From Moniliella sp. 'wahieum' (Eukaryota): a stretch of DNA of 64,000 nucleotides. Below are positions 55,833-64,000 of this stretch, piece by piece. The notes beneath the pieces were generated by a model, which searched no databases, was not told where the DNA came from, and saw nothing but the letters and a program-made list of their open reading frames with translations. Position numbers and translations under genes: made by a program. Position 1 is the first letter of the stretch. Each line of letters opens with the position of its first letter. The stretch lies in NCBI GenBank assembly GCA_003971905.1, contig RSEE01000010.1, forward strand, positions 682,001 through 746,000, read 5' to 3'.

Positions 55833-56910
55833 ATGTGGGCCGCTAATTCTCGCCGCATACTGCCCTGGGCTGCATCTTCAACTCACCTCCGCCCCCTCCC
55901 GCTCCTCCGCTGCTTTACCACTGCGCCCCCGACTGGCCAAACAGTCCCTCTTGCGTTTGACCACTACCCCCTGCCTCTGGTGATGGCCCATCCACGGTCC
56001 GGGACGCTGGCGTGGGTTCGGTTGTCCTAGCACATGGCCTCTTTGGGTCTAAGCAAAATTGGCGGAGCGTGGCGCGTGACATGGCTAAGCGCTTTGGCGT
56101 GCCAATCTACGCGGTCGACCTGCGCAACCATGGCCAGAGCCCTGTGATCGATGGCATGAACTATGTCGACATGGCGTCAGATCTTGTTCGCTTTTTTAAA
56201 GAACGTTCGCTGGAGCAGGTACTATTGGTGGGCCACTCAATGGGGGTAAAGCCGCCTTGTCCACTGGCTTGAGCCCTCGTCTCTCTACTGGTGTCCTTTC
56301 GGGGCTGGTCAGCGTCGACATGGCTCCTTCCCGGGGAACTCTCAGCAACGACTTCGTGGTATGTGCAGTGTGGTCATTTGCTTCTTGTCTGACGCTCTAT
56401 TCCTGCCCAGGCGTATCTGGACGCTATGATCACCATCCGCGATGCCAAAGTAGCCACTCGCAAGCAAGCGGACGAGATTTTGGCCAAAACCGAATCGGCG
56501 GTAGGCATCCGCCAATTCCTCCTGACAAACCTGGAGCGCAACCCGCCTGATTCCCAGCATTGGTCCTTCCGCATTCCCTTGGACATTCTGAAGCGTCATT
56601 TGGATCAAATTGGTGATTTCCCATATGAGCCTGGCAAAGTTTCGCCCTCACAAGGGCGAACTCTGTTCATCAAAGGGGAACGAAGCAAGTACGTTGTCTG
56701 TTATTGCTCCCATTGGCCCTTGACCACTTATGCCATACTCACCTTTCTGTGCACAGCTATATCAACAAGAACAACGTCCCTGTTTGCAACACTCTCTTCC
56801 CACACAACAGCATTACTACTCTACCCACCGGCCACTGGGTTCACGCCGAACAACCGCGCGCGTTTATCGATACCGTTGAGGCCTTCGCACTGGGGAAACC
56901 ATCTATCTGA
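55833..56910 (+). CDS. Mitochondrial alpha/beta-hydrolase, ABHD11/Imo32-like; introns at about 56359-56410 and 56689-56756
   Basis: HGLFGSKQNWRS, VDLRNHGQSP, nucleophile GHSMG, VDMAP, IRQFLLTN, TLFIKG, GHWVHAEQP. Confidence 0.9.
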
Positions 56911-57049
56911 CCCCATCTTCACTCGATTAATCTAATCTTGCATCGCTTCCACGTTGACAGTCCCGAGTCAAGTCACGCAGCCAACGAGCTCTCTTTGTTG
57001 GTGGGGTGGGGAGAAGTGTGTCAGTAGCCAGTAAAAGTAAATGGGGCGC

Positions 57050-57210
57050 AGGCCTAGCGCGCCTAGCACCACCCATACTCTTCGATTGCGCGCAGTAGAG
57101 ATGGCAGGCCTACAGTCGCTCAGCCTGAGAGCTTGAATCAACACGTTCAATGTTCAATGTTCAATTTTCAATTTTCAATGTTCAATATCCCATGTGAACG
57201 TTACGTAACA
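57050..57210. repeat. TNA+4 lattice patch (TCAATGT/TCAATTT)n upstream of YOS1
   Basis: TCA at 57147, 57154, 57161, 57168, 57175 and 57182. Confidence 0.85.
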
Positions 57211-57378
57211 TGGCCAGCTCCACAGCCATGAGCTGGTGGCCGCGAGCCTCACACGCCCCAGGGTGTCAGATCGAGAGAGCAGGTAGAGCGGCCGCCAGGC
57301 AAGGTAACCTGCCAGTGCCGCCACCACCACCGGCTCCGCCCCTTGGGTCTCCTACAACACTCCTTGGGAGGTCCTGCC

Positions 57379-57762
57379 ATGTCTATCCTCGAGTTTTTCG
57401 GTGATATCTTTACCATTGGCGTCCTGCTCGTCAATTCGATTGCCATCCTCAACGAGGAACGCTTCCTCGTCCCAGGTGCGTCCCCCAAGTCTCCCACACA
57501 CGGTCACTGACTTTCTGTCTCGGCTTCTCCAGTTGGCTGGTCTGCGACGAGCCAGAACCAAATGTACAGTGAAGCATACGGTCAGCAGCAAGAAGAGTCC
57601 GTAAAAGTCCGCCTTATCCACCTGATCAGTGCGGTGCGCATGCTGCTTCGAGGTATGTTAACTCTCTGCCTAGTTGGCTTCGGCACTGACATGTCTGTCT
57701 TGATCTCAGTGCCACTCATTGCGGTCAATGCTCTTCTCGTCGCCAAGTTAATCATCTTCTGA
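57379..57762 (+). CDS. YOS1: Yos1/IER3IP1 small ER-Golgi membrane protein; introns at about 57476-57531 and 57653-57708
   Basis: MSILEFFGDIFTIGVLLVNSIAILNEERFL.../GW.../SVKVRLIHLISAVRMLLR/PLIAVN matches the Yos1 family pattern. Confidence 0.88.
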
Positions 57763-59851
57763 GCCAAAGATGATCAAACTTGCACGCACGCATGCTAGAG
57801 CTGAGCGCTGGCTCTTAATGCTTGTGGTGCGCCTTGTAAAACCCAACCAGAGGCCCCCTGACGGCACTCGAAAATGCTGAAATGACATGGCACGAGAGGC
57901 AAGCGAAGAGTGTACAGGGCGTGGGAAAGGGTCATTACCTATTCCCTGGCAAATCCTTCTATCGATGTCAATGTGCCGGGGGTATTGGTGTGGCGTGTCA
58001 AACGCTCGGCCAGGGAAACATCATTCATGGCATCAGGATATGAAGATGATATGCATGCCATCGCGATTCCAAAGATATATCCCCATTCAGCGAAAGAGGT
58101 AATGGTTGTGGAATGGGCTTGCCCTCTCGGTTGTCAGTGATACAGCTCCGATCCCATCCTGCACCCCATGCCCGGCTCACAAACCACTACCAGAACTACG
58201 CAAGCGGCGGGCGTGCTCCCCTTCTACACTAATAGACGCTTTCTTGCCTCAGGGCGTCATAATTCTTCCTGAGCTACAGCAACGTGGCATCATGCCTTTT
58301 TTCTGGGCAGTCGATCTGAAAACAGTGCTCCCTTACTCTGGCGAGGATACTATCGGATCCAGAATCCAATGACCGTCAATCCAGCGTAGCTGGAAGAATA
58401 ACATAACGCTCCTCATGTCATGCAGATGTAATCGTGACCGGCATTATCACCATCTTCCCTACAGGTGGCGTGCACATGCATCCCCAACAGTCCATGACAA
58501 GGCTTTGTAAGACCGGAGGAACCTAAGGATTTGGGTAGAGAACCTCTGGGAATGTAGAGCAACGCAATCGCGGTGGTGGTGGTCAAGGTCTAAGCCTTAT
58601 GCCACACCTAGAGGAGACAGGGGTTCCAACAAGCCAGAGTATACACGTGGAGACTTCAGAAGTGAAATAAGGGGCAAAGGGTGATAAGGCAGGCGCCTTG
58701 GCCTATGTAAGGGACCGCCGGTCCCAACAGGCTTGTGCCTCCGCAAGAATGCCCGCACAGCCTCTGCCATGTCGAAAACTCAAGCAGTAACAGCGATATA
58801 CCTGGTACCACTGGCAAGGCGCTCAGGATGTGGGAGCTTGAGCTGCAAGTGAGCCTACATCCCGACTACGCAACCGATTCGGAGTGCAAAATAAAAGCAT
58901 GACCAGGATTCCAATACGAATTGTGTCGGGCGCCAGCGCCTTCCGACCTGATGGAAATCCACAGGCCAGAAGTCACAAGGAAGGTGCACCAGCAGGAAGA
59001 ACATCGCTCTAGGTCTCCGCGAGCGCCTGCATCCGCCACTGAAGGGAGGGCAAGTGACTCTAAAGCAGAGACCATATTCAGTAGGGAAAAGAGTCAAGCT
59101 CGACTGGGCTGCACCGCCCGCTTTATACCATGGCGGAAAGGGCAACATCCAAACTCGGCGCAATATAACCGCAGTAACCCTATTGGTTTACATTACACCA
59201 TAAGCGTAACCTATTTTAACCCCGCTTGGCGTCCACAGGCTTGATGGTGGCGGTGACCCAGCAAGCCGCGAGCCTGTAAGTGCGGTGGCGATGTAAAAAA
59301 AACTGTCGTTTAACCCCCCACGGTATCTCCCTCCCCCCCGGCGTGGCTAGGCGCTCATCTCACCTCCCCGTCGTTTGTCGCCTCCGTCCGGCTGCCATTG
59401 CGCCCTTCCTAAGCACTCTCACCCTTCCCTTGGCCTGGTGCGCCCACGTCATGCACATCTAAGTTCTCCGGCAACCACGGTCTCAAGTTTTTGTCTGCAG
59501 TTATTGGTCTTTGCGTTTTTGATTTCTCTCGGTTCTGGCTAGGCCTGCTTTTTGTTTACACCCAAACTTTGAGTCAGCCCTTCCTGCCTCTACATCTCTT
59601 CATCCGTTCGATTCGCTTCGACACGGTTAGTAGTACGGCGGTTCGTTTTCTCAGCTTGGCTTGCAAGAGCACCTTTAACACCCCCTCTCCTCGGTACCGC
59701 TTACACCTGCCGTCTCACCGACTGGCGTGTACCTTCCATATATTCTACCGTACCAGTTTGCACTCGGTTCGTGCATCTCGGTGTATCCCTGCTTTGGTCC
59801 GGTCCATCTGTTGTCGACGGTTGGATTTGGGCTCTCCTTATTTCTTTCAGC

Positions 59852-61549
59852 ATGACTGCTGTTGCGACGACCGTGTCAGCATTACCTTCGCTACACCTGG
59901 TCTCTTCTCCTCTTTCTATCCCCAAATCATCTTCGTCCCCTCATTGGCTGGATCGCCTACCGACTCTGCTCAGTGTGACGATGATGGCGGCGCAGGTCAA
60001 AAGACTCGCGTCTCGGCCTTTGTCCGTAAGCTACGGAGTAAGTCAAACTAGTCCGTTTTTGGCCATTGGAAGGTTTGTTAACATGATCTCCGTTATCAGC
60101 ATGATTGACAACGATACTATCCACAACATTCACTGGACACCAGATGGTGAAGCGTTTCGTGTCCTTGATCGGTCAACTTCTCGCGTGATGTGTTGCCCAA
60201 GTGTGCGTCTTCTTCCATGTTCGTTCGCGAAACGAAGCGACTGACTGATGACTTTCTCAGATTTTAAGCACAACAACTGGCATCCTTCATCCCTCAACTC
60301 AACATATACGGCTTCGTCAAACTGACCGAAACTCCTGCCCAATCCCACACCACTGGCTCCCCATCCCCTCCCACACCCCAGTTGGAATGGTCATTCAAAC
60401 ACCCCCTCTTTCTCGTAATGCCTGATGCTATGGAAGAAATCAAGCGGAGGACACCCAAGACCAGCAAATCAACTGAAATGGACGATGCTGTTGGGAACAA
60501 AAAGGCCAAGGCGGGAGTCCCCGGACGGGTCCCAAACCTCCTCGCCTCAAAGCAGCAAATCGACAAAGCCCAGTTGTCTTCCATCCATGCCCGGCCACAT
60601 ACTGCCAATCCGCGTGGTCTTCCCCTGTTCCCCTCCGGCATGCCCTTTCATGGTGTGAACATGCCCAACAATATGGCTACTGCCGCCGCCGCTGCCGCAT
60701 TGCCGCTGGGATGAATCCTGCCGCAGCCGTTGCAGCCCTGGGCCTCTCTGGTCAAGCTGGTCGTCCACCCGTGACGGCATCGCCAGCTGGGACCAACCCC
60801 AATCTGCCATGAAGCCCTCTGCCAACAATGCTTCCATGGTACCTCCTATGGTGCCTCCTGTGGCCCCATCTTTCCAGGTTGTATGATGATTCCTTCGCCC
60901 CCTGTCCCCACTCCAAGCACAGCCTTGGCCAAACCAAGTTCGAACACAGGCGCCTCTTCCTCCAAGACCAAGGTCCATTCTGCTCCTGTTCGTTCTACTG
61001 CCTCATCAGCCAGCTCAAGTTCTAGTGGGACAACGTTGGCCGAAAAAATCTCAGACGAGTCAGAGGCGGTGCGACTACGGTCAGAGATGTCGCATTGCAA
61101 ACCCGGCTGGAGGCGTTGCGGCGCCACATGCAGGACATGGACGATATCCAAGCCCGGGCCATGTCGCACATGATGCAAGTTTTGTCCACGCAGGCTCGGA
61201 ACGATTGTCCCCTCTCCACGGTGACTGAGTTGCAAGACTGTTTGGATACGTGGCGCCACATGTCGGAGGTCACGGCCTCCCTCCTTCCCGCGGAGGCCGC
61301 TTGCAACGATAGTGAGGCCCCACAGCCGATGACTCCTTGCCTGACTGGGATGCCCACTCGACCAACCCCCTTTTCCCTGATGCTGGAGTGGAACCGGCCA
61401 TGCTTCTTCTCCACGGTCCTAGTCTCATCGCGTCGCCGATCGATGCGATGCACGACTATGATATGTCGTTTGACGACTCGGCCACGCTGAGCGGAGCAGA
61501 CGAGAGGACACTCGATGGTCCTCCTGCCAAGCGCCGTCGCAGCAATTAG
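59852..61549 (+). CDS. HSF-type DNA-binding-domain transcription factor; introns at about 60038-60099 and 60201-60260; frameshifted
   Basis: SAFVRKL/..MID...IHWTPDGEAFRV, FKHNNWHPS..QLNIYGFVK, WSFKHPLFL...EEIKRR; coiled-coil-like segment at about 61060-61200; C-terminal basic PPAKRRR. Confidence 0.85.
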
Positions 61550-62388
61550 GGTGTCTCCTCCCCCCATCCCCGCGCCTACGGTTACAGGTTTGCGTTGGCC
61601 TTTGCACCGCGCTGTAAATCAGTGCCCATCCGCCGCGTTGCCCCTGTAGATAGACTGCGTTTTGTTCGCCCTCTGTCTCGTGAACGCCACCTGTATGCTC
61701 TATTGCTCCATTTGCTCGGGCTCGGTCGCCCTCGATGTCCTTTCGCTTTGAACACCCATATCCGCAACGCACCCCTTGCGCGCGGTAAGACCCAAAACAT
61801 GTACACTATTCTTCGCTGTATGTAGATTGTTTGCCCATGTACGTCATTTGCCGTGCCCCGAGACGAGTGTGGGATTGATAGCAGTAGGGGACGCCACCGG
61901 GGCCGAGGCCAAGCATGCTGGATTGAGCACGACGCATGGCGACGGAGAAGCGAGTGGAAGCGGAGGCATGAGGAGGCATCGTCGGCGATTGATATTTGAA
62001 ACCACGCCCACACCGCTTGGCCGGCTGCCCGTGGTTGGCGCCCAGGCACAGGGGGAGAGAAAGAGATAGGCACAGTGGCTGCTGCTGGCCAGTGTACTGC
62101 GAGCAGCGGGCCAGTGCCACGTGGTCTGGCAGCCTGCCAACCCTAGCATACTGGCTCCACTGCAGACTGCAGCCTACTGCAGCCCTGTTGGCTGGCAAGC
62201 GGACCGGGCTCTGACGATAGCAGCCCGGACAGTTGAGTTTGTGCGACCACCTGCCCACCAGCGCGCCTTGTCTCTGCTCCGGCCCTCCGCCTGTTCTGTT
62301 CTGCTCCACTCAGCCGCCTTCCCTTCTCGTCGCTTCTGCCAACCCCGCCCCCCGTTGCCCGTGTCTTCTCTCACTTCCCCCCTTCATC

Positions 62389-63330
62389 ATGGGTCTCTCC
62401 GTCTCCAAGCTTCTCAGCGGCCTTTTTGGCAAGAAGGAAATGCGTACGTTGCCTTCCATCCCCAACTCGTTTCTCCCATCCCTTTCATCGTTGCTCCCGT
62501 TTTCTCGCGAGATGCGCAGCCCAGAAACCTTCGCTCCCGGCTGTCTCCCCTCCTGCGCTCTCGTGCGGCTCTGCGACCACGTCGCGCCTGCACTGTGGCT
62601 GATCACCTCAACTTGGGCATCGTGTCCTCATTCCTGAGGGAGACATTGGCATGCTGTTGCTACATTTGCTTAGCGAAAGAAATGAGGGATGGTGCATTTA
62701 ACGTGACACGGCAGGTGCTACTCGCCACGCCACGTTATGCACAACGTGTCTGGAGTGGGGCCGCGGAGAGTGGGAGGGGTTAACATGTCAAGGAAGCCCA
62801 CATGCCATGGACTTGGTACTTACTGCGATTCATTCTCATCCAGGTATCCTCATGGTCGGTCTCGACGCTGCGGTAAGACGACGATTTGTACAACTCAAGC
62901 TGGGCGAGATTGTGACGACCATCCCGACCATTGGCTTCAACGTCGAAACGGTCGAATACAAGAACATCTCTTTCACCGTCTGGGATGTGGGTGGACAAGA
63001 CAAGATCCGTCCTCTCTGGCGCCACTACTATCAGAATACCCAGGGGATCATCTTGTCGTCGACTCGAACGACCGGCAGCGTATTTCCGAAGTACGGGAGG
63101 AGCTGCAACGTATGCTCAACGAGGATGAATTGCGTGATGCGCTCTTGCTCGTGTACGCCAACAAGCAGGATCTTCCCAATGCGATGAACGCTGCTGAGAT
63201 CACGGATAAGCTGGGTCTGCACTCGCTGCGCAACCGCCAATGGTACATCCAGGCTGCTTGCGCCACTTCCGGTGACGGTCTGTACGAGGGTCTGGAATGG
63301 CTCTCCACCAACCTCAAGCGCCGCGCGTAA
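62389..63330 (+). CDS. ARF1: ADP-ribosylation factor Arf1; 400-nt intron at 62444-62843
   Basis: [32 protein letters not shown] (frameshifted), [59 protein letters not shown]. Confidence 0.96.
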
Positions 63331-64000
63331 TTCATGTCAGTCTACCATCCAAGCCCCTGTACATTTGCATTTCCCCACGAGCTTCCGTGCTGTACTCGCA
63401 CGAGCGGGCAGATTGCTTTTGTTTCAGCTTGGTCGCCAACCAAGAGCTCGTGGATTTGTCGAAAAGGGTGGAGGGGTTGATGCGCGAGACGCAGGTCGAG
63501 CCGTATTGTGTGAACAGGTTTTCATTGTGCTTGCTGTTTTGCTCTCGAGCGTTGAAACTATAGCTGCAATACTTGCTGGATCTCGTAGGCGACGACGGTT
63601 CCCTTCCATCTCTAAGGCTGCATCATGGAGGGTGCGTGCGCGGACTGCGACTCGCCGTCGCGGCAGAAGTTTTGTATTCTAAAAAAGTAGTCCCCTCCCC
63701 GATAGGTCTGATGGGATCTGGGGAAGGTGGCTGGGCGCTGGCTGCTCTGCCAAGTAGAATAAGGTTGCTAGGGGCCTAGCGCCTGTTCACCAGTGGTGAT
63801 CGAACGAGCCGAATCACATTCATCACAGTGCCTATACCGAGCTACGGCTGGCGAGGGACGCGTGGACCACGGAGTATCAGACTGCGTGTACTGATGATCT
63901 GCGCGCCTGGCCGGCTCAACCAGCGCAGACTGCGCTGCCGGGGGGCCGGAGAACTGGCGCAAGCGCACTAGGGTTGGTGCATCATGCGTCTGGCGTCACG

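Noticed and set aside
57880..58860. Short plus-strand ORFs between YOS1 and the HSF gene
   Set aside because: Fragments under 90 aa with no recognisable motif or consistent frame; cannot be supported as a gene without a homology search.

Overview
Eukaryotic, gene-dense, intron-poor fungal chromosome segment, most likely a basidiomycete and plausibly Ustilaginomycotina (inferred from the Brh2-type BRCA2, the IDO-gamma-type dioxygenase and sparse short GT-AG introns). It holds about 18 recognisable protein genes: SREBP, IDO, ALDH, amino-acid permease, DHODH, SRPK, flavodoxin-like quinone reductase, Pin1/Ess1, a CENP-B-type HTH protein, Utp10, aldo-keto reductase, annexin, Tsc13, a Snf2/Sth1 ATPase, Brh2, an ABHD11-like hydrolase, Yos1, an HSF-domain factor and Arf1. 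There is also one intron-containing tRNA-Glu(UUC). Almost every gene, including essential ones, is broken by 1-nt deletions; those I checked in detail lie in homopolymers. This points to an unpolished assembly, so CDS boundaries are approximate. The most striking unexplained signal is non-coding. Many upstream intergenic regions carry a 7-bp-period lattice of T-N-A triplets separated by 4-bp cores, usually palindromic (TGA-CATG-TGA, TCA-CGCG-TCA, TTA-CTAG-TTA, TAA-GATC-TAA, and so on). At least 14 of the 16 possible palindromic cores occur, and the TNA register is kept even where the core changes. A second candidate is a co-oriented permease-ALDH-IDO trio that may be a tryptophan/indole catabolic mini-cluster.
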